Positions 29,098-38,652 of a DNA stretch of 64,000 nt are shown one piece after another. The position numbers were made by a program, and so were the translations under genes. The stretch is from Candidatus Woesebacteria bacterium GW2011_GWC1_42_9 (GTDB lineage: Bacteria; Patescibacteriota; Microgenomatia; UBA8517), in contig LCET01000004.1 of NCBI GenBank assembly GCA_000995185.1, positions 2,630-66,629 on the forward strand, read 5' to 3'. How positions within the stretch are numbered: position 1 is the first letter of the stretch; every line of letters starts with the position of its first letter. Under the pieces are notes generated by a model. The model did not search any database and was not told where the DNA came from. It worked only from the letters and a program-made list of their open reading frames with translations.

Positions 29098-30934
29098 TTA
29101 CCTTCTTCCCGACAATCTTCTCAAAATCTTCCCGGTCCATCGTCTCCTTTTTCAATAACACTTCAACTACATTATCTAGTAACTTTCTTCTCGACTTAAC
29201 AATTTTTTTGGATTCTACATAGCAACTATCAATAATTTTCTTTATCTCCAAATCAACCTTCTCCTGCAAAGCTTGCGAAATATTGCCGCCCTCAATCCAC
29301 TTCGGCGCTCCATTATCCAAATAAGCTTCATCTTGATTACTCCAATTAATTGGACCCAGTCCACTCATCCCAAGATCTACCACCATGGCGCGGGCAAGCG
29401 TCGTTGCTTGTCTGATGTCATTCCCTGCCCCCGCTGTCATCTCATTAAAAACAACTTCTTCCGCAGCACGCCCCCCAAGCATCGCAATTATTTGCTCCAG
29501 CAAATGAGTTTTGGTTTCATGGGTCCTGTCTGCTGAGGGAGGGATAAGGGTGTGCCCTAAGCTCATCCCGCGAGCGACTATAGAAATCCGATGCACCGGG
29601 TCAGTTTTCGGCAAAAAATGAGTGGCGATTGCGTGGCCGCCTTCGTGGTATGCTGTGATCCTTCTGTCCTCTTCTGATTGCAATTTTTTCTTTGCCGGGC
29701 CAAGTTTTACCTTTGTTGCGGCCTCCTCCACATCGCTCATATTTACATCTGTTTTTCCGCTTCTAGCCGCATAAATTGCCGCTTCATTAAGCATATTTTC
29801 CAAGTCCGCACCGCTAAAGCCTACGGTCCGATCAGCAACCACCCCCCAATTAATCCCACCAACAAACCTTTTCCCCTGAGCATGGATTTTTAGAATCGCG
29901 CTTCTACCGTCTTTATCAGGCATATCTAATACAACTCTTCTATCAAATCGGCCCGGCCGAAGTAGTGCTGGGTCCAAAAGATCTCCCCTGTTAGTTGCGG
30001 CCACAACCACGACATTATCATTTGGAGTAAATCCATCCATCTCAACCAATATTTGATTTAAGGTTTGCTCGCGTTCATCATGCCCTCCGATTATCCCGCG
30101 CCCTCTTTGCCTTCCAATTGCGTCGATTTCATCGATAAAAATAATTGCCGGTGCACTTGCTTTAGCTTGTCCAAACAAATCGCGCACTCTTGAAGCTCCT
30201 ACTCCAACTAGCATTTCCATAAATTCACTTCCAGCGATTGAGAAGAAAGGTACCCCAGCCTCTCCTGCCACAGCTCGAGCCAAAAGGGTCTTCCCTACTC
30301 CCGCCGGTCCCACCAAAAGAGCTCCCTTTGGCGTCCTTGCGCCAATGCGTTTATATTTAGCGGGGCTTTTCAAAAAATCAACCACTTCTTCAAGCTCCTT
30401 CTTGGCTTCATCCACACCAGCAACATCCGCAAAAGTAATGTTTTGTTTACCCTTAGCAAAAAGCTTTGCCCGGCTTCTTCCAAAAGAGAATATCTCTCTG
30501 GCTCCCCTGCTTTGAGAGCGAACTAAAAATAAAAAGAATGCTCCCATCAAAACTACTGGGAGAAGTATCCCTAAAATCTCGCCCACTACCTTGATCACCG
30601 TAGTGTCTACAACAACAAACTCCACACTTAAAGGGTCAATACCTGATTTTTCCAAAAGTTCCGGGAATGTTAATCCGGATTCCTTTGTAGAGATCTTTTC
30701 TTCGCCGCTATTATAAATAAAGGTCAGTTTCTCATCCTCAACTTTTACTTGCCTTACCTCGTCCTTCCTGATATCACCAAGCCCTTGCGACAGATCAATC
30801 CTACTGTCATCAATCTGTGTTTGAAAAAATCCAAGAAGGAATGGAGCGATAATCAATAAAATTATAAACCCATACATCGCCTTTTGAAGATTTATTTTAA
30901 TTTTAAACTGGGCTTTCTTTTCCTTCTTCATCAC
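29087..30934 (-). CDS. ftsH: ATP-dependent zinc metalloprotease FtsH
   Basis: AAA Walker [14 protein letters not shown] zinc motif, N-terminal TM. Confidence 0.9.
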   Translation of the reverse strand: MMKKEKKAQFKIKINLQKAMYGFIILLIIAPFLLGFFQTQIDDSRIDLSQGLGDIRKDEVRQVKVEDEKLTFIYNSGEEKISTKESGLTFPELLEKSGIDPLSVEFVVVDTTVIKVVGEILGILLPVVLMGAFFLFLVRSQSRGAREIFSFGRSRAKLFAKGKQNITFADVAGVDEAKKELEEVVDFLKSPAKYKRIGARTPKGALLVGPAGVGKTLLARAVAGEAGVPFFSIAGSEFMEMLVGVGASRVRDLFGQAKASAPAIIFIDEIDAIGRQRGRGIIGGHDEREQTLNQILVEMDGFTPNDNVVVVAATNRGDLLDPALLRPGRFDRRVVLDMPDKDGRSAILKIHAQGKRFVGGINWGVVADRTVGFSGADLENMLNEAAIYAARSGKTDVNMSDVEEAATKVKLGPAKKKLQSEEDRRITAYHEGGHAIATHFLPKTDPVHRISIVARGMSLGHTLIPPSADRTHETKTHLLEQIIAMLGGRAAEEVVFNEMTAGAGNDIRQATTLARAMVVDLGMSGLGPINWSNQDEAYLDNGAPKWIEGGNISQALQEKVDLEIKKIIDSCYVESKKIVKSRRKLLDNVVEVLLKKETMDREDFEKIVGKKVNGK

Positions 30935-30951
30935 AGCGTATTCTACACTAA

Positions 30952-31311
30952 TTACCCGACCCTAGCTCCATTTGAAACTTTTTTAGTGACCTTAAAAAGG
31001 ATAGGTGCGGTCTTCTCATCCTCCTTCGGCACTATCATGATCATCATCCCTTCACTCTCATCCCCCTCCGGCCCAATCTTTTTAGGCGCTAAATTAATGA
31101 TAAATGGATATTGATTGCCGACTAATTCTTTGGGTTCAAAAAATTTCATAATCCCAGCAAAGATCGTCTTTTCCCCTCCGCCAGCTGACGGATCGCCAAA
31201 ATCAACCGTAAGCTTCATCACCCAATGACTCCACTTTGGAACCTCAGCACTTACTATAGTACCAATTCTAATGTCTAATCTTTGAAAATCCTCAATATTT
31301 ATTTTATCCAT
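30952..31311 (-). CDS. tRNA-binding OB-fold protein (Myf/CsaA/EMAP-like)
   Basis: DFQRLDIRIGTIVSAE; next to trpS. Confidence 0.6.
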   Translation of the reverse strand: MDKINIEDFQRLDIRIGTIVSAEVPKWSHWVMKLTVDFGDPSAGGGEKTIFAGIMKFFEPKELVGNQYPFIINLAPKKIGPEGDESEGMMIMIVPKEDEKTAPILFKVTKKVSNGARVG

Positions 31312-32307
31312 CTACAGAAGCCCTATTTTCTTCTTGGCTTCACCTACTGTCCTTGAGGCAATCTTTCGGGCTTTTTTAGCTCCATCGAGAATTACGCCAT
31401 CAACATATTTCGGATCATTCACAAGTTCCTCTCTCCTTTTTTGGATCGGCCCAAGCTCTTTATATATTGCCTCAGCAAGCTCAGGCTTTAGCTCGCTATA
31501 TTTTATCCCTGATTTGGTATATTGGTTTTGATATTTGTCGCGCCTTTCATCACCCAAAAAGAGTCCAATTAAATCAAAGAGGACTTTCACTCCTCCCTCT
31601 TTGGGAACGCTTACCCCTTTCCCTGAGTCTGTGGGAACCCTTGCAATTTTGTCCTTAATAGTATTCAGGTCGTCTGTGAGATTAATGTAGCTTCCCTCAA
31701 TGGACTTACTCATTTTCCCCTCGCCGGTGAGACTTGGGATATACTCGCCCTTTGTAGCAAACCTGGTCGGCTCTGGAAAATCAGTTCCAAACTTGGAATT
31801 CATTTTACGGGCAATCTCCCGCGCTACTTCCAAATGGGGCTCTTGATCTATCCCCACCGGGACTTTATCGGCCTTATAAATCAAAATATCGGAAGCCATT
31901 AAAATCGGATAGTTCAAAAGTGCCATTGTGTTTTCTTTTGGATATTGGGTCACTTTTTCCTTATATGTCGGTAAATGCTGCATTCTGGCAATACTCACCA
32001 CACTGGAAAGTAAAAAGGCTAATTCTGTATGCTCGGGGACCTGAGACTGCACAAATAAAATGCTTTTTTCAGGGTCAAGACCTGCCGCCAAGTAATCTAG
32101 GATCACTTCGCGGGTATTTTGGGGAAGTTTTTTTGGATCATATGGAGTGGTGATCGCGTGAAGGTCTGCCACCATATATAGTGTCTCGTAGTTTGGTCCG
32201 CCAGTCGGCGGATTCTGAAGCTCAAGCATGCCGCGCACTGCCCCTAAATAGTTACCCAAATGGAGCCGCCCTGTTGCACGAATGCCAGATAAAACTCGTT
32301 TCTTCAT
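31312..32307 (-). CDS. trpS: Tryptophan-tRNA ligase
   Basis: HIGH-like GRLHLGNY and KMSKS. Confidence 0.85.
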   Translation of the reverse strand: MKKRVLSGIRATGRLHLGNYLGAVRGMLELQNPPTGGPNYETLYMVADLHAITTPYDPKKLPQNTREVILDYLAAGLDPEKSILFVQSQVPEHTELAFLLSSVVSIARMQHLPTYKEKVTQYPKENTMALLNYPILMASDILIYKADKVPVGIDQEPHLEVAREIARKMNSKFGTDFPEPTRFATKGEYIPSLTGEGKMSKSIEGSYINLTDDLNTIKDKIARVPTDSGKGVSVPKEGGVKVLFDLIGLFLGDERRDKYQNQYTKSGIKYSELKPELAEAIYKELGPIQKRREELVNDPKYVDGVILDGAKKARKIASRTVGEAKKKIGLL

Positions 32308-32420
32308 GGCTCAATTCTAACTCAGTTAACGATTAATTGAAAGCATGTCCTATAATTTGATTATGCTTAAACAATATGCTATATTTCATTCGACAATTCT
32401 AACTTACAGGAGGTTTAGAG

Positions 32421-32630
32421 GTGATTAAAATTCCGAGGCGTTACGATCGTAAAATCGAGAGTGAAATTAAGGAAATGCGTGCCGAAGATAATCAAGCCGC
32501 GGCCGGCGACATTCTTGGCGAGCTTGATGAAGCGCGTCAGCAAATGGAAGCCCGCTGGCAACAATTTCTCGAACAAGAGGAAATTGCTGAAACCTGGGCC
32601 GCCTGCCGGGATTATCCCGAAGTCTTTTAA
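32421..32630 (+). CDS. Hypothetical small acidic protein (GTG start, GGAGG RBS)
   Basis: ORF followed by strong terminator. Confidence 0.5.
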   Translation: MIKIPRRYDRKIESEIKEMRAEDNQAAAGDILGELDEARQQMEARWQQFLEQEEIAETWAACRDYPEVF

Positions 32631-32646
32631 AAATTGTCAGAACCCA

Positions 32647-32680
32647 AATGCCTGATCATTAATTTGCTCAGGCATTTTTT
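32647..32680 (+). terminator. Rho-independent terminator (AATGCCTGA-loop-TCAGGCATT + T6)
   Basis: 9-bp stem + TTTTTT. Confidence 0.7.
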
Positions 32681-32738
32681 ATGGGGTGGAAAGACTCAAA
32701 AATGATATACTTACTCAGATTTCGTATCAAAAATTACG

Positions 32739-32807
32739 TGCGGGGTAGTGTAGGGTGCACGGGAGGCTCATAATCTCCCAGACTAGGTCCGACTCCTAGC
32801 CCCGCAA
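32739..32807 (+). tRNA. tRNA-like gene with CAU anticodon, noncanonical T-loop (TCCGACT) and short D-loop; identity uncertain (initiator/Met/Ile2) or pseudo-tRNA
   Basis: TGCGGGGTAGTGTAGGGTGCACGGGAGGCTCATAATCTCCCAGACTAGGTCCGACTCCTAGCCCCGCAA folds into cloverleaf with 7-bp acceptor (U1:A72). Confidence 0.4.
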
Positions 32808-32812
32808 CATAT

Positions 32813-32885
32813 GGCAGGGTAGCTCAGTAGGTAGAGCACAGGATTCATAAACCTGCGGTCGTGGGTTCGATTCCCACCCCTGCTA
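32813..32885 (+). tRNA. tRNA-Met (anticodon CAU)
   Basis: GGCAGGGTAGCTCAGTAGGTAGAGCACAGGATTCATAAACCTGCGGTCGTGGGTTCGATTCCCACCCCTGCTA. Confidence 0.7.
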
Positions 32886-33263
32886 CTAAAATAACTTGAG
32901 CCACTTTTGCCAATTCTGAAGAGGAATTTCGTTTTCTAATTCACGCTCAATCCTCGGAGATAGCTTTCGAAGTGTTTCACTGTCGGGCAGGACAACGACA
33001 ATTTCCCCCTCCTTCGCGAGACCCAACTTATCGCGCGCTTGCTTTTCGATATAATCCTCGCTTCTCACAAACTTAATTTGGTCGGCCAAATCCCGATTTT
33101 TTTTATCTAATTCTTCCAAAGCAGAATAAGCATCATCAATCGCCCGATTTATCCGATATAATCGCATGACATTTCGAGCCAGCGAAAGCGATAAAACAAG
33201 TAATATTGCCGCCACAAGATACCGAATTAACCTATGTTTTGGCAATTTATCTTTGATACCCAT
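32886..33263 (-). CDS. FtsB/DivIC-like septum formation initiator
   Basis: N-terminal TM, coiled coil, EDYIEKQARDKLGLAKEGE. Confidence 0.6.
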   Translation of the reverse strand: MGIKDKLPKHRLIRYLVAAILLVLSLSLARNVMRLYRINRAIDDAYSALEELDKKNRDLADQIKFVRSEDYIEKQARDKLGLAKEGEIVVVLPDSETLRKLSPRIERELENEIPLQNWQKWLKLF

Positions 33264-33301
33264 AATGTTGACGTCTATAAATCCTGTGATATCATATAGT
33301 T

Positions 33302-34165
33302 ATGTCGAATGAACCACTTAAGACTTTATTGCCTAAGTTTATCAAAAATTTAGAGGAGGCAGGAAGATCACCTTCAACCATCCTCGCCTACCGCTCCGAT
33401 TTGGTGCAATTGATTGACTACCTGGAAAAATTCAGCAAGGTAACCACTGATCAAGTCAAATCGCAAGATCTCGAGGGCTTCCGTGACTATTTACTAAGTC
33501 AGAAATATACCCCAAAGTCTGTATCTAGAAAACTAAATGCTATTAAGACCTTTTTTAGATGGTTGGTAACCAATAGTCTTATAGTCAAGGATGTTTCGCG
33601 TGATGTAGAACATCCTAGAATAGAGGCAACTTTGCCAAAGTTTTTGACCCAACTTGAATATCGCGCTTTAAGGGACGCAGTCCGAGCTGATCAGCGCATT
33701 GCCACGATTGTAGAATTAATCTTACAAACCGGCATGAGGATCTCAGAAATTGCGAATCTCAAAGCAAAAAATGTTCTTCAAAAGGAAATTATCATCGAAG
33801 CTTTCGCCACCCAGCCAGAAAGAAAAATCCACCTTAACGCAACTGCCAAAAAATCAGTCGATGACTATCTGAAAATCCGTCCGGAAACAGGGGAAGAATT
33901 TTTGTTTGTCAGCAAAAACGGGAAGCAACTGGCAGTAAGAAATATCAGGGCAGCGATAGACCGCCATATGCAAAGAGCCGGAGTTCCAAATTACTCTGTA
34001 AATGATCTTCGAACTACTTTTATAGTTGAGAACTTGAAACGAGGAGTGGATTTGGTAGTTATCTCAAAAATGGCCGGCCACAAGCGCCTCTCAACGACAG
34101 AGCGCTACCTTCAGTTGGCCGAAATCTCCGAGCACGGCGGCAAACAGTTAATAGAAGAACTGTAA
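33302..34165 (+). CDS. Tyrosine recombinase (XerC/XerD-like phage-integrase family)
   Basis: Core-binding AYRSDLVQLIDYL; catalytic R (GMRISE), LR box, AGHKRLSTTERY (H..Y). Confidence 0.8.
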   Translation: MSNEPLKTLLPKFIKNLEEAGRSPSTILAYRSDLVQLIDYLEKFSKVTTDQVKSQDLEGFRDYLLSQKYTPKSVSRKLNAIKTFFRWLVTNSLIVKDVSRDVEHPRIEATLPKFLTQLEYRALRDAVRADQRIATIVELILQTGMRISEIANLKAKNVLQKEIIIEAFATQPERKIHLNATAKKSVDDYLKIRPETGEEFLFVSKNGKQLAVRNIRAAIDRHMQRAGVPNYSVNDLRTTFIVENLKRGVDLVVISKMAGHKRLSTTERYLQLAEISEHGGKQLIEEL

Positions 34166-34171
34166 CTCTAG

Positions 34172-34244
34172 TGGGCCGGGAAGGATTCGAACCTTCGACT
34201 TCCAACTTATAAGATTGGCACTCTAACCGCTGAGTTACCGGCCC
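34172..34244 (-). tRNA. tRNA with anticodon UAU (tRNA-Ile(UAU)-like)
   Basis: RC: GGGCCGGTAACTCAGCGGTTAGAGTGCCAATCTTATAAGTTGGAAGTCGAAGGTTCGAATCCTTCCCGGCCCA; anticodon stem CCAAT/GTTGG, loop CTTATAA. Confidence 0.6.
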
Positions 34245-34321
34245 AAGATAATCCCTATTATACCAATATTACTTCTTTTCTTGTGGTGGAGATCCTTTTC
34301 TTTCATTCTGGGGCAATCCTA

Positions 34322-36637
34322 CTATAGCTTCGCGCGTCTGGCAATTTCAGATTCCACGAGCCGTAGGTCCCGCCCATATCGCAGCCTACTCATCTCCCGG
34401 ATGATCCCGGCAATTTTTGGATTTGATCCAGAAATAATCTTTTCAAGATCCATTGTAAGATCAACTGAAAAAGGAGGAACTGGCTCATTGTTCACAATTG
34501 TCTTCATATAAACATGGAAGCGCTCAATATTTAATAAATCATCCTCTTCAAAGCTTGGAACAAACTCGTGGGCTAGATAATTGGCATCCGATACTCCTAC
34601 GCGGTATGAAATCAGTGTCCCCACATTCCCAAAAATCGCATTTTTAATATCTTCATCAATCTGCCCTACAAACTGATTTGCCACTGTCAAGTTTAAGCGG
34701 TATTTCCTTGCTTCAGAGAGAATCTGAGCAAAATCGGGAGTGGCAAAATTTTGAAACTCATCAACGTAAAGATAAAAATCCCGGCGTTTTTCTTCAGGTA
34801 TATCGGACCTGCTCATCGCCGCCATTAAAATTCTTGGGACAAGTATTAATCCCAAGAAATTGGAATTCTCTTCTCCTAGTTCCCCTTTTGCAAGATTTAC
34901 TAAAAGTATTTTCCCTTGATCCATAATTTCCCGAAAATCAAACGACGATTTAGATTGACCGATAATATTTCTGACCATCTTATTGGTAACGAACCTCCCA
35001 AATTTACTGGTGATATAGTCCAAGGTTTCTGATTTGTGGAACTCAGACGTCTGGGCAATTTGATCAGTCCAATAACGCCTGACAATGGGGTCCTGAACTT
35101 TGGGGAGTATTTCACGGACATACTCGGGATCAGTCAAAATCCTCATTACCTCTATAAACGTACTTCCCTCTTCGCTCATGGCCGTAAGCATCGCATTCCT
35201 CACGGCATGCTCAAATCTCGGACCAACTATTCCAGTCTTGTAAGGATCAAAAAGCTTGTACATTAAATTAATAATCGATGTCGTCACGAAGTGCTTTTGG
35301 TCCTCGGTCTGTGCTTCTAAAAGATTTAATCCCATCGGCCTCTCGCTATCACCCGGCCTAAAGTAAATCACATCTTCGCTTCTCTCAGAAGGAATGTAAT
35401 TTAAAATATCCTCAACTGCATCTCCATGAGGATCTATAAAGCACACTCCCCGCCCAGCATTTATATCCTGCCTGATCATGGATTTTAAAAATTCAGTCTT
35501 CCCGGTGCCAGTTTTCCCAATAATATACATATGGCGCTGGCGGTCGCTCTCCGCCATAAATACCGGCCTTCTTACCCCGCGAAAACTACTCACCCCAACA
35601 TAGAGTCCTTCAGTTGGTATTTGTGCGGGCGCTGGCGCACGCTTGGCATGAATCCAATCAATATGGGGAGTGGTAATCGCCTTGTTTGGAAAATGAAAAA
35701 TAGAAGCTAATTCCTCGGAATTTAAAATTGATCGCCGGTTACTACCTAAATGCATTGCAGGCTGATAACGGTAAATAAAATCTTCGACAAAACTTGCTTT
35801 TCTTCTAACTTTTCTCGTGCCAAGCTGATTATGTTCCCCATTAAATTGGGACATTGTTCCCAATATATTTGAAAGGTGCGCTTTAGCCGATTCGCTGTTT
35901 CCCGAAACAACAACAACCCGAATGGAAGTTTCAAATCCAGGCTTTGAAGATTTATTCTCAATCGCTTCAAGGGTTTTTGCGCTTGTTGAAAATTTGGCAC
36001 TTTCAGGGTCAGCTTCCTGTTTTTTGGTGCTGCTGACAAATCCCTTGCCTGCTTTTTGCCACTTACCTTCTGCCGGGGAAATTAATATTTGGACCGCGGC
36101 CGCCTCCCCTTTCCCCATCTTTGCCATGGCACTAGTAAGGGAAGATAGGGGATCAGTGGGCAAATCTTTATAAGTAGTCAGGGGGTAATGATTTTCTTTC
36201 TTTAGTTGTAGGGCGGAGTACGCCACAGACCCCTCCTCTCCAAAAATTTCATACTCCGGGACTTCAAGAATCTCGGCATCTTGATATGCTCCATGGATCT
36301 GCTTTTCGATCATGTCCCGATATTCATTAAATGTCCAGACATAAAACTTTATATCCTCCAGCCTGGCAACAATCTCAAAAGAAATCACCGGCTGAGTGGA
36401 GAAACGCATCTTAAACCCGCCTTTTTTAATGGAATAGAGGGAGGCAATAATCTGCTCCATCGCATCGATCTTCACTTCATTGCTCCGAGATACCTTTACC
36501 AAAAGAAGTGAAGAATTAAGTGACCTTCCTTCTCTGTCATGCAGACGAATTTGACTGATGATATACCAAGCGATTCCAGCTGCAAATATCACGAGAGCTC
36601 CAGTAACGATTAGGGCAATAAACAGTGTCGTTAGCAT
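34322..36637 (-). CDS. Type IV coupling-protein-like ATPase (VirD4/TraG/TraD family), paralog 2, N-terminal TM helix
   Basis: IIGKTGTGKTEF, DPHGD, EEKRRDFYLYVDEFQNFATPDF, ILSEARKYRLNL (blocks identical to paralog 1). Confidence 0.75.
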   Translation of the reverse strand: MLTTLFIALIVTGALVIFAAGIAWYIISQIRLHDREGRSLNSSLLLVKVSRSNEVKIDAMEQIIASLYSIKKGGFKMRFSTQPVISFEIVARLEDIKFYVWTFNEYRDMIEKQIHGAYQDAEILEVPEYEIFGEEGSVAYSALQLKKENHYPLTTYKDLPTDPLSSLTSAMAKMGKGEAAAVQILISPAEGKWQKAGKGFVSSTKKQEADPESAKFSTSAKTLEAIENKSSKPGFETSIRVVVVSGNSESAKAHLSNILGTMSQFNGEHNQLGTRKVRRKASFVEDFIYRYQPAMHLGSNRRSILNSEELASIFHFPNKAITTPHIDWIHAKRAPAPAQIPTEGLYVGVSSFRGVRRPVFMAESDRQRHMYIIGKTGTGKTEFLKSMIRQDINAGRGVCFIDPHGDAVEDILNYIPSERSEDVIYFRPGDSERPMGLNLLEAQTEDQKHFVTTSIINLMYKLFDPYKTGIVGPRFEHAVRNAMLTAMSEEGSTFIEVMRILTDPEYVREILPKVQDPIVRRYWTDQIAQTSEFHKSETLDYITSKFGRFVTNKMVRNIIGQSKSSFDFREIMDQGKILLVNLAKGELGEENSNFLGLILVPRILMAAMSRSDIPEEKRRDFYLYVDEFQNFATPDFAQILSEARKYRLNLTVANQFVGQIDEDIKNAIFGNVGTLISYRVGVSDANYLAHEFVPSFEEDDLLNIERFHVYMKTIVNNEPVPPFSVDLTMDLEKIISGSNPKIAGIIREMSRLRYGRDLRLVESEIARRAKL

Positions 36638-36976
36638 TTACTTTTTAAAAATTACATGAATTCCATCCAGAACCGCCTGTTTAACTCTCCTCAGCCAAAA
36701 CACTCCAAACCAAGTACTAGCTTCATCAACATTACCCTTTGATAACTCTTCCAGCTCACTTTGATTGTCAGCCGGGATATTTGTTACCGCCGGTTTTGGC
36801 GGCATAGGTGCTTGAACTTCTTTTATCGTCCCCCCGATAATTGGTGCAGGCTGGCTACTACTACTCTTCGCTGAAGCAACGCCGACAGATGCTTCTTGGG
36901 ATGGTGTTACCTCCAATTTTGGCCCGCCTTGTTCAGGCGGAGTTTGAACCTCCGGAAATCTCTCTGGCGTGGTCAT
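36638..36976 (-). CDS. Hypothetical P/S-rich small protein, translationally adjacent to the coupling-protein gene
   Basis: Stop abuts ATG of 34322-36637 gene. Confidence 0.45.
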   Translation of the reverse strand: MTTPERFPEVQTPPEQGGPKLEVTPSQEASVGVASAKSSSSQPAPIIGGTIKEVQAPMPPKPAVTNIPADNQSELEELSKGNVDEASTWFGVFWLRRVKQAVLDGIHVIFKK

Positions 36977-36987
36977 GTCTCATTCTA

Positions 36988-37509
36988 TCATTTCCAAATC
37001 TCCTCGGTCACACCGGCTCGGAAATTGGACTCGCGGGCGAGGGTAAACAATAAATCTGAAATTCTATTTAGATATTTTAAAATTCCCGTGCTCACCTTTT
37101 CCCTTTGCGAAAGAGCAACCACCTGACGCTCCGCACGCCTGGAAAGCGAACGGCAGTATTGCAAATGAACGGAAAACTTGGTCCCGCTTGCCAGAATAAA
37201 ATTAGATAATTTTAGAAGAATTTTATCTAGCTCATCAATTTTCTTTTCTAATCTTTTAGCCTTTTCGGTGCCAAACCTAGCCTTATTCCCTGCCAAAATA
37301 GAATTTAGCAAAAATAAATCCCGCTGAAGTGAACTTATAAATTCTTTCGTCTGAGAATTTTCAGAATAGGAAGCCGTCACTCCTAAATAGCTATTTAATT
37401 CATCAACCGCTCCTATGGCGCGGATCTTTACGGAATCCTTTCTAATCCGGTCCTTCGAAGCCAAAGTTCCCGTAGTTCCAGAGTCGCCTTTTTTGGTATA
37501 TATACCCAT
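36988..37509 (-). CDS. ATP:cob(I)alamin adenosyltransferase, PduO-type
   Basis: MGIYTKKGDSGTTG...RAIGAVDELNSYLG. Confidence 0.75.
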   Translation of the reverse strand: MGIYTKKGDSGTTGTLASKDRIRKDSVKIRAIGAVDELNSYLGVTASYSENSQTKEFISSLQRDLFLLNSILAGNKARFGTEKAKRLEKKIDELDKILLKLSNFILASGTKFSVHLQYCRSLSRRAERQVVALSQREKVSTGILKYLNRISDLLFTLARESNFRAGVTEEIWK

Positions 37510-37699
37510 TTCTTTGTTGGTATTCTACCAATATTTTCTATAATCAACAATTTCCCCCCCTCACGGCATCACGGCACCACCTCCCTCCACACAATCTTGT
37601 TTGGAGAGAGGGAGGAAGGGAAATGAAGATAATTGGCAGGATTCATCGTGAATGTTTCCGCAGGATTTGCATTCCCTCCGCCGAGATTGCGGGAGAGGG

Positions 37700-38194
37700 T
37701 TACCCCTGAGAGGGTAACCACTGATCCCAGGGTGGTGAGTGGTTGGTAAACCCCCCATCTGCAAAGAAGATCCCCTGCAAAGAGGTGACTGTTGGGTCAA
37801 CGATGATGTCCCCGCTCACTACAATCAAAAGAAAATCGTTGGCTGTACTGGCCAGAGTGACATTCCCGGTGATTGTGAGGTTCCCCTCCACAAAAAGGAC
37901 CACTTTCCCATTGATGGTGGCATTTGTGAGGGTGAGGTCTCCTGGAGAGGCGAACCATTTGTAGCCGTCAGGAGAAAGAGATCCTCCAGAGAATCCCCCT
38001 GTCCCCATTGTCCCGCTAGCCGCATTGGTGACTGCATCAGAGGGGATCTTTCCCTCAAAGATGGCGTAGTCCAGAGACTCATTCCCGGAGAAAGCGAGAG
38101 GGGCGTCTACTTTCCAAGGGGTATCCCCTCCTCCAAGCCCAAGGTTCCCTGAATACAGGGCAATGGCGGTGGATGAATTGGCATTTGAGGCCAC
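37700..38194 (-). CDS. Beta-helix-like repeat protein (probable C-terminal part of a secreted adhesin-like protein)
   Basis: NLTITGNVTLASTANDFLLIVVSGDIIVDP repeats; start overlaps stop of upstream ORF (TGATG); GC-rich. Confidence 0.45.
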   Translation of the reverse strand: MASNANSSTAIALYSGNLGLGGGDTPWKVDAPLAFSGNESLDYAIFEGKIPSDAVTNAASGTMGTGGFSGGSLSPDGYKWFASPGDLTLTNATINGKVVLFVEGNLTITGNVTLASTANDFLLIVVSGDIIVDPTVTSLQGIFFADGGFTNHSPPWDQWLPSQG

Positions 38195-38652
38195 TAAGTA
38201 GCTGTGCCTCTGACTCTGGCAGTTCCGGGAGTGAGGCCAGTGACATTGGTGGTGTATGAAGGGAGAGTGCTGTCCCTGGTGGGGTTAATGGAAATGCTTC
38301 CGGTGAGTCCCCCGATTGGGGCATTAACGGCAGTGAAATCAACCCACTGGACAGTCCCATTGGCTACCCCCTGCACGGTGGCGGCGACCACCCCCACTGG
38401 CCCACCCACCGAGACAGTGACATCATTCAAGGTGACACCAGTGCAGGAAGCGGCAGGAGCACAGCCTGGACAGCTGGCGTCATTACTGGCACTGCAATCT
38501 GTGTAGCAAACGGTCACATTGTCCACATTACTGCGGCAATACCCGGTTCTTCTCCTGCAAGCTGCACAAGGGAAAGTCGTTGCTTCTGCCATCGGCTCCA
38601 CACAGAGCTGGAGAAGGTGTAGGTGTGGGGGTTGGGGTGGGAGCTGCCGCAC
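38194..38652 (-). CDS. Cys-rich segment, likely frameshifted continuation of 38528-38998 ORF
   Basis: Overlaps 38528-38998 by 125 nt in another frame. Confidence 0.35.
   Translation of the reverse strand: MRQLPPQPPHLHLLQLCVEPMAEATTFPCAACRRRTGYCRSNVDNVTVCYTDCSASNDASCPGCAPAASCTGVTLNDVTVSVGGPVGVVAATVQGVANGTVQWVDFTAVNAPIGGLTGSISINPTRDSTLPSYTTNVTGLTPGTARVRGTAT

Noticed and set aside
33302-34165. Declaring the tyrosine recombinase a phage/ICE integrase
   Set aside because: Its size and motifs are equally compatible with the single chromosomal XerC/D of a reduced genome, so it is reported as ambiguous.
37510-37700. Calling the structured leader a cobalamin riboswitch outright
   Set aside because: I could not locate the conserved B12 box (GCCACTG) or GGTGA elements by eye, so the class is left open.
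37739-38506. Plus-strand ORFs 37739-38152, 37743-37964 and 38204-38506, and additional minus ORFs 37825-38082 and 38079-38360
   Set aside because: The GC-rich segment is open in many frames. Only the frame series carrying a signal peptide, Cys-rich domain and beta-helix motifs was kept.
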